From contig JAGVVH010000415.1 in the NCBI GenBank assembly GCA_019135895.1, forward strand, positions 3,226 through 67,225: a stretch of 64,000 bases of DNA, written 5' to 3'. Below the pieces are notes generated by a model. It saw only the letters and a list, made by a program, of their open reading frames with translations, made no database searches and was not told the origin of the DNA. Shown here in pieces: positions 1-9,956 of this stretch. The number at the start of each line of letters is the position of its first letter. Positions within the stretch are counted from its first letter, which is position 1. The position numbers were made by a program, and so were the translations under genes. The stretch comes from Bacteroidota bacterium. Its GTDB lineage: Bacteria > Bacteroidota > Bacteroidia > Bacteroidales > WCHB1-69.

Positions 1-905
1 GTTGCCTGAGCCTGCTCAATGGTTCGCTTAGAGTAATTTTGTTCCTGATAGACCAAAAGCCAGGTAAAGCAGCTGATAGGATATGCCCCCGGAGCAGTAG
101 AATTGGTAATCATGGTACGAGTGTCTTCGGGAATGTCTCCCTGAGCAGCTGCAGAAATAGAAGCAGCAGAAGGAGTGATAAATTCTCCGGCAGGATTTTG
201 AAGATTGGCAATAGTCGTTTTTAAAGCAAAAGCATATTCAGAACCAATATAACCGATGGATCCTTCTGTTTGACTGATTGTTCCTGCTACACCGGGATTC
301 CCCTTAGAGGCAATACCAATAGGGAAATTCAGAGACTTTCCGGTGCCGATTTGTTCTTTCCATTCAGGACTTATTTTTGTCATATAGTCGCTGAAAACAT
401 AAGTTGTCCCGCTGCCGTCCGAACGATAAACGGCTGTTATGGATTTATCCGGTAAAGAAATCCCTTCATTGATAGCCATAATTTGAGGGTCATTCCATTT
501 GGTTATTTTTCCCATAAAAATTGCTGCTACGATGGGTCCGGTTAAATTCAGTTTGTCAATGCCTGGGAGGTTATATGAAAGTACTACTGCTCCCAAACAG
601 CTTGGAATATGTATGACGGCTTTCATCTCCGCAGCTTCATCATCTGAAAGATAGGCATCACTTCCGGCAAAATCTACAATTCCATCTTTTAAACTTCTGA
701 TACCACCGCCACTACCGATTGCCCCATAAGAAATGGCAGTGCCGGATTTTTGCTGAAATGATTTAAAAGCTAAATTATAATAGGGTTGTGGAAAGGTGGC
801 TCCTGCACCTGAAAGGTCAATTTTCTTTTTGCCGGAGCTGTTGCAACTTGATAGCACAACTGCGACAATACTTAGAATAATCATTAATTTTTTCATTGTT
901 TTCAT
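1..905 (-). CDS. pstS: phosphate ABC transporter substrate-binding lipoprotein PstS (C-terminal end runs off the window start)
   Basis: Absent from the ORF track because there is no stop in the window. My minus-strand translation from ATG 905-903 gives MKTMKKLMIILSIVAVVLSSCNSSGKKKIDLSGAGATFPQPYYN...IGSGGGIRSL...RSDGSGTTYVFSDY... This shows a lipobox plus PstS-type motifs. The frame stays open to base 1. Confidence 0.85.
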   Translation of the reverse strand, partial: MKTMKKLMIILSIVAVVLSSCNSSGKKKIDLSGAGATFPQPYYNLAFKSFQQKSGTAISYGAIGSGGGIRSLKDGIVDFAGSDAYLSDDEAAEMKAVIHIPSCLGAVVLSYNLPGIDKLNLTGPIVAAIFMGKITKWNDPQIMAINEGISLPDKSITAVYRSDGSGTTYVFSDYMTKISPEWKEQIGTGKSLNFPIGIASKGNPGVAGTISQTEGSIGYIGSEYAFALKTTIANLQNPAGEFITPSAASISAAAQGDIPEDTRTMITNSTAPGAYPISCFTWLLVYQEQNYSKRTIEQAQA

Positions 906-1060
906 TTTTTAATTGATATTTATTGTTCTTTTTTTTCGAATACAAAATAAACCATAATCTATTTCTATTTCGTTTCAAAGTTATTACAAATCTATTAATT
1001 TAACAACCCCAAATTTGATTGAAAAAAAAACCACATCGTAATATAAATTTAAAATTATGG

Positions 1061-1068
1061 TAATTTTG
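1061..1068 (+). promoter_or_regulatory. candidate Bacteroidota -7 promoter box (TAATTTTG)
   Basis: Matches TAnnTTTG. Lies 70 nt upstream of the ATG at 1138. Confidence 0.3.
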
Positions 1069-1137
1069 ATCCATCATTTTTGCATTGTAAAAAGAAATTG
1101 AGTTTGTAATTATTATGAAATTAAATATCTATTTAAA

Positions 1138-2157
1138 ATGAAAAAAAATCTCGCTATTGCAATGTTCCTTTTATTATGCCTGAATTTATTTAGTCAGGAA
1201 ACCGCCTCTAATGATAAACGTCCGGGTGATAGTTTGAAAAAAGAGGTATTTAAATTTTCTGGTAAACCAATTGTGTTGCTTTATACAAATTTTCACTATG
1301 GATTTGCAAATGCTATGGGAAATACTGGCTTTGAATTGGAAAGATCATATTTCGGCTATCAGTTTAATATTTCTTCGGACTGGTCTGCAAAGGTGGTTTT
1401 TGACATTGGAAATCCTAAGTTGTCAGGATCTGATCTGGAAAGAATTGCCTATGTTAAAAATGCTATGATTAGTTGGACCCCCGGAAAATTTACGCTGAAT
1501 GCAGGCTTAGTCGGATTGGAACAAGTTAGTTTACAAGAGAAGTTTTTCGGTTATCGATATATAATGAAATCGTTTCAGGATGAATATAAATTCGGAACCA
1601 CTGCAGATATGGGAATTGTGGCTAAATATAAATTTGCCAATTGGGTATCTGCCGATGTTACCTTTATTAATGGCGAAGGCTACAAGAAATTGCAAGCAGA
1701 TAATAAATTCAGATACGGAGCAGGTATTACTCTTAACCCATGCAAATTATTGACTTTCAGAGTTTATTACGACAGAGCCGACCATCAGGATGTGGATACT
1801 TTAGGGAAAGCACAAGAAAACCTCTCTCTGTTTTTAGGATTAAAAAATGATTATTTCTCTGTCGGCGCAGAATGGAACGACCTTTTTAATGCAAATTTTG
1901 TCAATGCCAAACATCAATACGGAAGTTCTCTCTATTTTAGAATAAAACTGCCTAAGAACTTTGAACTTTTCGGTCGCTGGGATTATCTGTTTTCCAACAA
2001 TGATTGGAATCTTGCAAAGGATGGACAAATTGCATTTCTTGGCTTTCAATACAGCCCTATAAAATATGTTAAAATTGCTCCAAATTGTCAAATGGAAATT
2101 ACCAAATCAGGAAAAATTGAGGGTTTGGTTCGTGTTAATTTAGAAATTGCTCTGTAA
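1138..2157 (+). CDS. outer-membrane porin, possibly phosphate-selective porin O/P family
   Basis: Signal peptide MKKNLAIAMFLLLCLNLFSQ. Alternating beta-strand-like composition. Divergently adjacent to pstS. The family call is by context, not a recognised motif. Confidence 0.5.
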   Translation: MKKNLAIAMFLLLCLNLFSQETASNDKRPGDSLKKEVFKFSGKPIVLLYTNFHYGFANAMGNTGFELERSYFGYQFNISSDWSAKVVFDIGNPKLSGSDLERIAYVKNAMISWTPGKFTLNAGLVGLEQVSLQEKFFGYRYIMKSFQDEYKFGTTADMGIVAKYKFANWVSADVTFINGEGYKKLQADNKFRYGAGITLNPCKLLTFRVYYDRADHQDVDTLGKAQENLSLFLGLKNDYFSVGAEWNDLFNANFVNAKHQYGSSLYFRIKLPKNFELFGRWDYLFSNNDWNLAKDGQIAFLGFQYSPIKYVKIAPNCQMEITKSGKIEGLVRVNLEIAL

Positions 2158-2170
2158 GAGAAATAGAATT

Positions 2171-3181
2171 CTATTTATTTAAGGAAGAACTGTTTTCAAC
2201 TCGTATAACACAATTTTCTCCCACCTCCATTTGGCAGAGACAGCCTAAACGTAAAGCGTAATTATTCCGCACATGACCAACCGGGGCATTAAACAAAATA
2301 GGGTAGTGATAGTCTCGGCAATTTTCAAGTACGATTTCTTCAATTTTCTTTCCCATCACCACACCATCGGTCTGAATTTCTTTTAATCTCACAAATTCGC
2401 CCACTATCAGGCCTGCCAGATGTTCTAACTTGCCGGCACGCCGCAATTCAGTCAGCATACGGTCAATATGATAATAGTATTCGTCACAATCTTCAATAAC
2501 TAATATTTTCCCGTCGAACTCCATTTCAGATATTGATCCGGTTAGGGAGACCAACAGCGATAAGTTTCCGCCGATAAGTTCGCCTTCTGCATGACCGTTA
2601 CGATTATAGGAATTGGGAGAAATGTCATATTGGAGAGGCTCTCCTTTCAAAGCCTTAATCAGCGATTGAGCAGCTTCGTTGTTGCAATTTTCGGGAGTGA
2701 TTATGAATGGCATTACCGAATGGATGGAGGCAGTTCTGTAAACTTTGTTCAGGTGTGAGTGAAAACAGGTAATGTCACTGAATCCGCAAAGCCATTTTGG
2801 ATGTTGATTAAAACGAGTAAAGTCGAGACGATCTATCAGCTTAAGAGCACCATAACCGCCACGGGTTGCCATAATTGCCTTGACAGACGGATTGTCAAGC
2901 ATCGACTGAAAGTCGGCCAGCCGTTCCTCTTCGGTCCCTGAATAGAGGCTGCTTTTTTTAGTATCCATACAATTCCCGATCAAAACCTTAAACCCAAGGC
3001 TATCCAGCCATTTCAAGGCAAATTCAATCTCGTTGATATTCTGTTTATAGGATGGTGCCAACAGTCCAATAGTATCTCCACTCTTGAGATAGTTAGGAAC
3101 AATAATGTCTCTTTCTTTTTGAGAAAATGAATTTCCGGAGATTACCACTGAAAGGAGAAAGAGAACAAATGCTTTTTTCAT
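2171..3181 (-). CDS. LD-carboxypeptidase (peptidase S66, LdcA/MccF-like)
   Basis: Signal peptide. Motifs ATRGGYGALKLIDRLDF, GFSDITCFH (nucleophile Ser) and PVGHVRNN are typical of S66. Confidence 0.8.
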   Translation of the reverse strand: MKKAFVLFLLSVVISGNSFSQKERDIIVPNYLKSGDTIGLLAPSYKQNINEIEFALKWLDSLGFKVLIGNCMDTKKSSLYSGTEEERLADFQSMLDNPSVKAIMATRGGYGALKLIDRLDFTRFNQHPKWLCGFSDITCFHSHLNKVYRTASIHSVMPFIITPENCNNEAAQSLIKALKGEPLQYDISPNSYNRNGHAEGELIGGNLSLLVSLTGSISEMEFDGKILVIEDCDEYYYHIDRMLTELRRAGKLEHLAGLIVGEFVRLKEIQTDGVVMGKKIEEIVLENCRDYHYPILFNAPVGHVRNNYALRLGCLCQMEVGENCVIRVENSSSLNK

Positions 3182-3277
3182 AATGGAGAAGAATTATCGA
3201 AAACAAAGATACAAAAAGGGAAAATATGATTACCCAGAGAATACATGCTATTCAAATATAACAATTAATTTTTTTTG

Positions 3278-3285
3278 TATGTTTG
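3278..3285 (+). promoter_or_regulatory. candidate -7 promoter box (TATGTTTG)
   Basis: TAnnTTTG match 22 nt upstream of ATG 3307. Confidence 0.45.
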
Positions 3286-3306
3286 TCCTTTTTAATCAGG
3301 ATTTTT

Positions 3307-4140
3307 ATGAAAAAGATAATTTTATCATTTTTACTTTTCACATTTTCTATAACGCTATTTTCACAAACGGAAGGTGAGCTTTCCATCCTGTCGTTCAATT
3401 TGAGATATAGTCAAGGTCAGGACAGTCTCAATCACTGGAGTTTTAGAAAAGAAGCTATTGTAAAAATGATAAACATAGCGGCTCCTGATGTGATAGGCTT
3501 TCAAGAAGCCCTTTATGATCAGGTGCAATATCTTGACGCTAATTGCAGCCAATACCTGCGTGTGGGTGTAGGTAGAGATGACGGCAATAAAGAGGGCGAA
3601 TTTGCAGCCGTCTATTTTCTGAAAAAGCGTTTTGTTATTGTGGATTCAGGAAATTTCTGGCTCAGCGAAACGCCGGATGTTCCTGCTCTTGGATGGGATG
3701 CCGCCTGCAAAAGAATAGTCACTTGGGTCCATTTGGAAGATACACTGCTGGATAATGAATTTTACCTTTTCAACACCCATTTCGACCATGCCGGCATAAG
3801 AGCCCGGAAAGAGTCGGCATTGTTACTGCTCAAAAAAATTGAAGAATTGGCCTACTGCTTTGAAAATAATATTTTTATTACCGGGGATTTCAATACTGTC
3901 AGCGAGGATTCGATTTTTCTGCCGCTGAAAAAATATTTCAAATCGGCACGTGATGTTGCCCCTGTAACCGATAAAAGTTTCACCTTTAACAATTTCGGAA
4001 AAACAGATGGGGCACCTATGGTCATTGATCATATTTGGTTTACAAAGCCTGTTCCGGTAGAATTCAGGATCCTAAATGGAAATTACGGAGTTCCATACAT
4101 TTCAGACCATTATCCTGTGTTGGGCATATTTAAATACTAA
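3307..4140 (+). CDS. endonuclease/exonuclease/phosphatase (EEP) family protein, secreted
   Basis: The ORF track starts at TTG 3283. The ATG at 3307 gives a clean signal peptide, MKKIILSFLLFTFSITLFSQ. LSILSFNLRY, GFQE, NTHFDH and SDHYPV are EEP hallmarks. Confidence 0.8.
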   Translation: MKKIILSFLLFTFSITLFSQTEGELSILSFNLRYSQGQDSLNHWSFRKEAIVKMINIAAPDVIGFQEALYDQVQYLDANCSQYLRVGVGRDDGNKEGEFAAVYFLKKRFVIVDSGNFWLSETPDVPALGWDAACKRIVTWVHLEDTLLDNEFYLFNTHFDHAGIRARKESALLLLKKIEELAYCFENNIFITGDFNTVSEDSIFLPLKKYFKSARDVAPVTDKSFTFNNFGKTDGAPMVIDHIWFTKPVPVEFRILNGNYGVPYISDHYPVLGIFKY

Positions 4141-4333
4141 AAAGCCTAGGACTATCCATAATACCTTCCTTTATTCATTTCTTATCCGAAAAATAATCAA
4201 TCGGATTGCTTTCCGCATTAATTACAAGAAAATTTTTTCGCTAAATCCAATTATAACCAGCGAAGAAATAGTGACAAACAATAGGCGAATTTATTTGTTT
4301 TATAGATAAATAACAATATAAAATATAAATACA

Positions 4334-5101
4334 ATGAAAAAGTTAGAAAATAAGGTATCCATCGTTACAGGAGCTGGAGCAGGCATGGGAAAAGCCATTG
4401 CCATTCTGTTTGCTTCGGAAGGAAGTAAGGTGGTAGCTACAGATATTGACCCCACAAGACTTGATTTACTGAAAAAAGAAATTAGTGCTTTCGGGGGCGA
4501 AGTAACAACACTCGTTGCCGATATGGCAAAAGAAGATGACATTGAAAAGATGATTAATGTTGCAGTTGAAAAATATGGAACATTGGATATTTTAGTCAAC
4601 AATGCCGGTATAATGGATAATTTTCAGCCCGTTGCGGAATTAGATAACCAAATGTGGGAAAAGGTTATGAAAGTAAATCTTGAAGGTCCGTTTAAGGCAA
4701 TGCGCAGCGCTATAAAAATATTCCTTGCCAAAGGAAGTGGAAACATTATTAATATTGCCTCTCTTGGGGGATTGAAGGGTGGTGTTGCAGGTGCCGCCTA
4801 TACCACAAGTAAACATGCCTTGGTAGGATTGTCGAAAAATACCGGCTATCTCTATTCTAAATCAGGAATCCGCTGTAACACTATTGCTCCGGGTGCTGTT
4901 AATACAAGTATAGCCGATACTATTGACTTTAGTAAAATCACTCCTCTTGTAAACGAAAGAATTATGACGGGATTGGCTCTTAATCCAAGAGCCGGGGAGT
5001 CTTCAGAAATAGCTACTGCTGCTCTGTTTCTCGCATCCGATGATTCCAGTTTCGTAAATGCACAAGTTCTTGTAGTTGACGGAGGCTGGAGTTCCTATTA
5101 A
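4334..5101 (+). CDS. SDR family NAD(P)-dependent oxidoreductase
   Basis: TGAGAGMGKAIA (TGxxxGxG), NNAG, and a catalytic Y-x3-K in YTTSKHA. Confidence 0.85.
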   Translation: MKKLENKVSIVTGAGAGMGKAIAILFASEGSKVVATDIDPTRLDLLKKEISAFGGEVTTLVADMAKEDDIEKMINVAVEKYGTLDILVNNAGIMDNFQPVAELDNQMWEKVMKVNLEGPFKAMRSAIKIFLAKGSGNIINIASLGGLKGGVAGAAYTTSKHALVGLSKNTGYLYSKSGIRCNTIAPGAVNTSIADTIDFSKITPLVNERIMTGLALNPRAGESSEIATAALFLASDDSSFVNAQVLVVDGGWSSY

Positions 5102-5183
5102 TGAGTAAGTATGAGAGCCTGTAATCTTTTCACTGCAAGTAAGTAAAACTCCGTAAGAGTTGAATAATGTTGTAGATTTAACG

Positions 5184-5220
5184 TATTATTAGAGACACAA
5201 TTATTGTTTCTCTAATAATA
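5184..5220. terminator. 37-nt near-perfect palindrome / hairpin downstream of the SDR gene
   Basis: tattattagaga (5184-5195) pairs with tctctaataata (5209-5220). The inner acaat/attgt also pair. There is no clear T-run, so terminator function is uncertain. Confidence 0.3.
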
Positions 5221-5644
5221 TAATTAATTGAAAATTAAGTATAAAAATCTTCTGAAAATTTTCATAGGCGTGAAATGAAAATATTAAAAGCATATTTTAA
5301 ATTTTCAAAAAAATTGATTTTACTCAAAAAATAGCAATTATTAGAATCCACTTTAGCTTTATCGAGTTTGTGAAATTATCAGCTATTTATTATCTGAGGA
5401 AATTTTGCAAGGATAAAGCTTTTTTATATCCATATGTTTTTTTGATCACCATTCTAAATCAAGTTAGATGACTTTCCTCTGGCTTGAGTAGCGCATTGTG
5501 AAGAAAAATAGAATAAATCAATATTCAATTCCGAATACATATTTTATTTTTTTAGTATGTTATAATTAATTGAAATGTAATTAAATCTTATTGATTTTGC
5601 AATTCTGTTTTTTGTTTTTTGCATCAGAAAAAATGACATAAAGT

Positions 5645-8506
5645 ATGAATCAAATTTCCAACTTCCAAAAGTGTATTTCAATGAATTTTATAGTTATCCT
5701 GATCCTCTCGATGCTATTTACTTTTATTCAAATTGATTCTTATGCTAGTGATAATTTGCCTAATGTTTACGGTAAAATCACTGATAAAATAACTGGAGAA
5801 GGATTACCCTATGTCTATGTTGTCATTCCCGGCACAAATGTCGGCACAATGACCGATGCGAAAGGAAACTATTATCTTACTCTTGGAAAGGGCAGTTATA
5901 AACTGAAAATCACGTATATGCTTTATAAACCGGAAGAGATTTCCGTAGAAATTAAGGATAACAAAACAATTTATATCGACATTTCGCTGGTTCCGGATAA
6001 AACCGCCCTGAATGCAGTGACCGTTACAGAAAAAAAAACAATTGCTTCGGATATCGTTCTTCTGAATGAAATTAAAAATTCTCAAAACGTTGCTTCCGGA
6101 TTATCATCGCAACAGATTGCCAAATCTCCCGATAAAAATGCCTCTGAAGTAATAAAGCGTATTCCCGGCGTAACTATTATGAACGGGCGTTTTATAGTGG
6201 TGAGGGGCCTCTCTCAGCGCTATAACAATGTTTGGATTAACAATGCCGTTGCCCCCGCTTCCGAAAGTGATTCGAGAGCCTTTTCTTTTGACTTTATCCC
6301 GAGTAACTTGATTGACAATATAATTATCTATAAAAACCTTTCGCCGGATTTACCTGCGGATTTTTCAGGAGGATTTGTTAAGATCATCACTCGCGATATT
6401 CCTTCCGAAAACAACTTAGCTCTTTCCTATTCAAGCACATTCAGCACCAATACAACATTTAGCACGGTGAAATATTATGCTAACGATATTGCCGATTTTT
6501 TCGGAGCCGGAACCTTGACAAGAGACTTCGGTTCTTCTTTTCCTTCGAATTTAGATGACGTCACTTCGAAAGAGGCTTGTCGGCAGGTGGCAACTCTGAA
6601 AAACGACTGGGCGATAAAGAACCGGACAGCCATTCCGGACATTAACCTGTCTCTATCATTTGCTCACCGAAAGAAAATCAAAAATTACACTTTGGGACAA
6701 AGCGGCTATGTGGGCTATAGTTATAAAAATGAAAAAAATACTCAAAGCAATAACAGTTATGGCATTTATAATTATTCAAAAGGAGAGTCTTCTTACAGTA
6801 AAAAATATATCGACACTCAATATGTTTCCGAAGCCAAACTCAGTGCTGCCTATAATGTTACCCTGTTAAATAATAACGGCACTCAAATTGCCTTTAAAAA
6901 TCTCTTGCAGAATATCGGAAATGACCGGATTACTTTCAGAGAAGGGGAAAATTTCAGTAACGGATATATCGAAAAATCGAGAGAATATCTTTATAGCAAC
7001 AAACTCACCTACTCTTCTCAGTTGTCTGGAAGTCACCAGCTTAGAAAAGACACAAATATGATTTACTGGACATTGGGATACGGTTATTTGAATAATAACC
7101 AACCCGATAGAAAAGTAATGGATGCACGAATGGAACAAAATGAAAGCAGTATTTATTATGGACAGTATAAGTCTATGGATAATGACATCAAACGCTATTT
7201 TCAGGAACTCACAGAACACAGCGCCTCTCTGTCCATAGATTACTGCCATAATCTGTTTTTTGGCACTTTCAAACCTTCTTTTAAAACGGGTATTTATTCG
7301 GAATATAAAAACAGACATTTTGATGCAAGGAATTTCACTTACAAAAAAAGTCTGAATTATGATTTGCCCGAAGGATATTTCTATTTGCCTTACGAAGAGA
7401 TGTTTGACCTGCAATATTTGAGACCGGACGGTTTTTATCTGACAGAAAATACCGGAAAGGCAGATTCTTATTTTTCATCAAATCTGATAAATGCTGCTTA
7501 CCTGTCCATTAATCTGGCTTACCTCGGATTTAAGCTGAGTGGCGGTCTGAGGGAAGAATATCAGTATCTTCAACTTGACAGTTATGAGTCTGACGGAGTG
7601 AAACCGGTAAATATCAGACAGCACAATTTCGGATTATTCCCTTCGGCAAATTTTTCTTATACTCTTAAAGAAAAACACGTATTCAGAGTTGTTTACGGGA
7701 AAACTATCAACAGACCCGAATTCAGAGAAATAGCTCCTTATGTTTATTATGATTTTGAATCTTTCTCTTTTATTGAAGGAAATCCCGATCTTAAAAATGC
7801 CGTTATTCATAATCTTGATTTCAGATACGAGTTTTACCGAACTGCCAATGAAATAATTAGCCTCGGGGCATTCTATAAAAAATTTATCAATCCGATAGAA
7901 ATCACTTATTACTATGCCGGCAGTGAGCTTCAATATACTTTTATAAACGCCAACTCGGCAGAAAGTTATGGATTGGAGTTGGAAGTAAGAAAATCTCTCG
8001 ACTTCATAAAATTAAAGAATTTCAGTCTGTTGCTGAATGCATCTTTGATAAAAAGTGAAGTGATATTTCCCGATGGAAGCAACGAAAAAGACCGCCCCAT
8101 GCAAGGACAATCGCCCTATATTATCAACGCCGGATTATACTATGACAATCCCCAAATTAATATGACATTCGGTATTTTATACAACATTATCGGAAAACGC
8201 ATTGTTGCAGTGGGTCAGAGCAATCAGAACTCAAATGAAGATATTCCCAACACTTATGAGATGCCGTTTCACTCGCTGGATGCTGTCATTCAAAAAAAAT
8301 TCGGCAGAATATCCCTCAATCTGGGAGTTCAAAATATGCTGAATCAAAAGACAGTATTGTCACAGATCGGAACTGTCAGCGAAAATGGGAATGAGTATTC
8401 CTATACTCAAAATACAAGAGTTGTCAAAACCGGTATCCGTATAACGGCAGGAATATCCGTTAAACTTAATCAGCCCAAAGTAAATAAAACCAAGAAGAAT
8501 AATTAA
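5645..8506 (+). CDS. TonB-dependent receptor with CarboxypepD_reg-like N-terminal domain
   Basis: VYGKITDKITGEGLPYVYVVIPGTNVGTMTDAKGNYYL (carboxypeptidase-regulatory-like). Plug-like SEVIKRIPGVTIMNGRFIVVRGLSQRYNNVWINN. Long beta-barrel body. An alternative start is possible at 5681. Confidence 0.85.
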   Translation: MNQISNFQKCISMNFIVILILSMLFTFIQIDSYASDNLPNVYGKITDKITGEGLPYVYVVIPGTNVGTMTDAKGNYYLTLGKGSYKLKITYMLYKPEEISVEIKDNKTIYIDISLVPDKTALNAVTVTEKKTIASDIVLLNEIKNSQNVASGLSSQQIAKSPDKNASEVIKRIPGVTIMNGRFIVVRGLSQRYNNVWINNAVAPASESDSRAFSFDFIPSNLIDNIIIYKNLSPDLPADFSGGFVKIITRDIPSENNLALSYSSTFSTNTTFSTVKYYANDIADFFGAGTLTRDFGSSFPSNLDDVTSKEACRQVATLKNDWAIKNRTAIPDINLSLSFAHRKKIKNYTLGQSGYVGYSYKNEKNTQSNNSYGIYNYSKGESSYSKKYIDTQYVSEAKLSAAYNVTLLNNNGTQIAFKNLLQNIGNDRITFREGENFSNGYIEKSREYLYSNKLTYSSQLSGSHQLRKDTNMIYWTLGYGYLNNNQPDRKVMDARMEQNESSIYYGQYKSMDNDIKRYFQELTEHSASLSIDYCHNLFFGTFKPSFKTGIYSEYKNRHFDARNFTYKKSLNYDLPEGYFYLPYEEMFDLQYLRPDGFYLTENTGKADSYFSSNLINAAYLSINLAYLGFKLSGGLREEYQYLQLDSYESDGVKPVNIRQHNFGLFPSANFSYTLKEKHVFRVVYGKTINRPEFREIAPYVYYDFESFSFIEGNPDLKNAVIHNLDFRYEFYRTANEIISLGAFYKKFINPIEITYYYAGSELQYTFINANSAESYGLELEVRKSLDFIKLKNFSLLLNASLIKSEVIFPDGSNEKDRPMQGQSPYIINAGLYYDNPQINMTFGILYNIIGKRIVAVGQSNQNSNEDIPNTYEMPFHSLDAVIQKKFGRISLNLGVQNMLNQKTVLSQIGTVSENGNEYSYTQNTRVVKTGIRITAGISVKLNQPKVNKTKKNN

Positions 8507-8517
8507 AACCAATAAAA

Positions 8518-9933
8518 ATGAAAAAGAATTTTTTAAACAACAACAAAATGAAAAAAAAGATTATCATGCTTGCAATGTTGGGTGTTACTTTTACATCCTT
8601 GCTTATTATTAATTCCTGTAAACCGGAAGAAACGGAAGATCCCGAGAAAGGAGATGCCGTTCTGTCGGGAGAAATTACCGGAACGCGCACATTAAGTGCA
8701 GACACCACCTACCTGATGGAGGGTTTTGTTTATGTGACCGATGGGGCAACCCTTAGCATCCCTGCCGGCACGATACTGAAAGGAGACGATGCCAGCAAAG
8801 CAACTCTGATTATTGAGAGAGGCGGAAAAATCTTAGCTCAGGGGACGGCTGCCAAACCTATCGTTTTTACTTCAAACCAAAGCAAGGGACAGAGAAATTA
8901 CGGCGATTGGGGCGGCGTTATCATTTGCGGAAAAGCTCCTGTAAATACTCCGACCGGTGAATCCAAAATTGAAGGAGGCCCCCGTTCTTTCTTTGGAGGA
9001 GGTACAAATCCCGTTGTTAACGACAATTCGGGAATTCTTACTTATGTTCGTATAGAATTTGCCGGTATTGAGTATGCCACCGATAACGAAATTAACGGCC
9101 TTACACTTGGTGGAGTGGGCAGTGGCACTACTATCCATCATATTCAGGTGTCCTATTGCGGCGATGATTCTTTTGAATGGTTCGGCGGCAATGTAACTGC
9201 AAAATATTTGGTTGCCTACAGAGGATGGGATGATGAATTCGACACCGACTACGGTTTCAGCGGCAAATTACAGTTTCTTGTCGGTTTGCGCAATAAAGAT
9301 GTGGCAGACAAGTCTAAATCCAACGGATTTGAATCCGATAACGATGCCAACGGCTCCTCAAACTCTCCTTTCACTTCTCCCGTTTTTTCAAATGTAACGC
9401 TTATAGGACCCTATCAAACTTTATCAGACACTTCTTATGTTCCGACAGGTGGCAACGGCGATTTTCAGGCTGCCATGCATCTACGCAGAAATACCAAACT
9501 AAAAGTCTATAATTCTGTCTTTGCGGGATGGCCTTACGGATTATTTATTGAAGACGGTGGAAAAGGAAGTGCTCAAACAAATGCTCAAAACGGTGAATTA
9601 GTGGTTAAAAATTGTATTTTGGCCGGAATGAAAAAAAACTTTAAAGAAGATGCTACAGGTGCCGGCGGTGCTAATTTCAATCAAACTTATTTTAACCAAA
9701 GTGCCTTGTCTAATCAGCTAATCGGAACTGTTAATCTTTTGGGAATTAGCTCGATTTCAAATCTTAATAATCCAAATTTTTCTTTGATTTCATCAAGTTC
9801 TTTGTTGTCAGGGGCAAATTTTTCTGATCCAAATCTAAGCGGTTTAGATAATGTGAATTATATCGGTGCTTTCGGTACTACAGACTGGACCGACACATGG
9901 TGCAACTTTGATCCGCAAAACACCGATTATTAG
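8518..9933 (+). CDS. lipoprotein of unknown function, probable surface partner of the upstream TonB-dependent receptor
   Basis: Lipobox LLIINSC followed by the acidic stretch KPEETEDPEK. Lies 11 nt after the receptor gene. I recognise no catalytic family. Confidence 0.6.
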   Translation: MKKNFLNNNKMKKKIIMLAMLGVTFTSLLIINSCKPEETEDPEKGDAVLSGEITGTRTLSADTTYLMEGFVYVTDGATLSIPAGTILKGDDASKATLIIERGGKILAQGTAAKPIVFTSNQSKGQRNYGDWGGVIICGKAPVNTPTGESKIEGGPRSFFGGGTNPVVNDNSGILTYVRIEFAGIEYATDNEINGLTLGGVGSGTTIHHIQVSYCGDDSFEWFGGNVTAKYLVAYRGWDDEFDTDYGFSGKLQFLVGLRNKDVADKSKSNGFESDNDANGSSNSPFTSPVFSNVTLIGPYQTLSDTSYVPTGGNGDFQAAMHLRRNTKLKVYNSVFAGWPYGLFIEDGGKGSAQTNAQNGELVVKNCILAGMKKNFKEDATGAGGANFNQTYFNQSALSNQLIGTVNLLGISSISNLNNPNFSLISSSSLLSGANFSDPNLSGLDNVNYIGAFGTTDWTDTWCNFDPQNTDY

Positions 9934-9956
9934 TCAATAAATTATTTTAAGGTTGA

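Noticed and set aside
2161-2176. Perfect 16-nt palindrome aaatagaattctattt between the convergent porin and LD-carboxypeptidase genes, as a possible terminator.
   Set aside because: The stem is all A/T apart from one G:C pair, there is effectively no loop, and it overlaps the stop codon of the minus-strand gene. It is too weak to call.
5240-5640. Riboswitch (cobalamin or TPP) in the long leader of the TonB-dependent receptor.
   Set aside because: I found no B12-box-like GCCACTG and no TPP CTGAGA/ACCTGA core arrangement. The region is almost pure A/T with little potential for GC-stabilised helices.
6030-6038. A9 homopolymer inside the receptor CDS, with similar A8-A9 runs near 9630 and 14385, as possible phase-variation switches.
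   Set aside because: Lys-rich AAA codon runs are expected in an AT-rich genome. All these genes are intact in frame, and nothing in the sequence indicates switching.
6866-7414. 182-aa antisense ORF inside the TonB-dependent receptor gene. Similar internal ORFs occur at 4300-4602, 14644-14973, 28398-28817 and 53367-53702.
   Set aside because: The products are I/F/S-rich with no signal or motif. Each is fully embedded in a well-supported CDS. They are typical shadow ORFs of biased-composition coding DNA.
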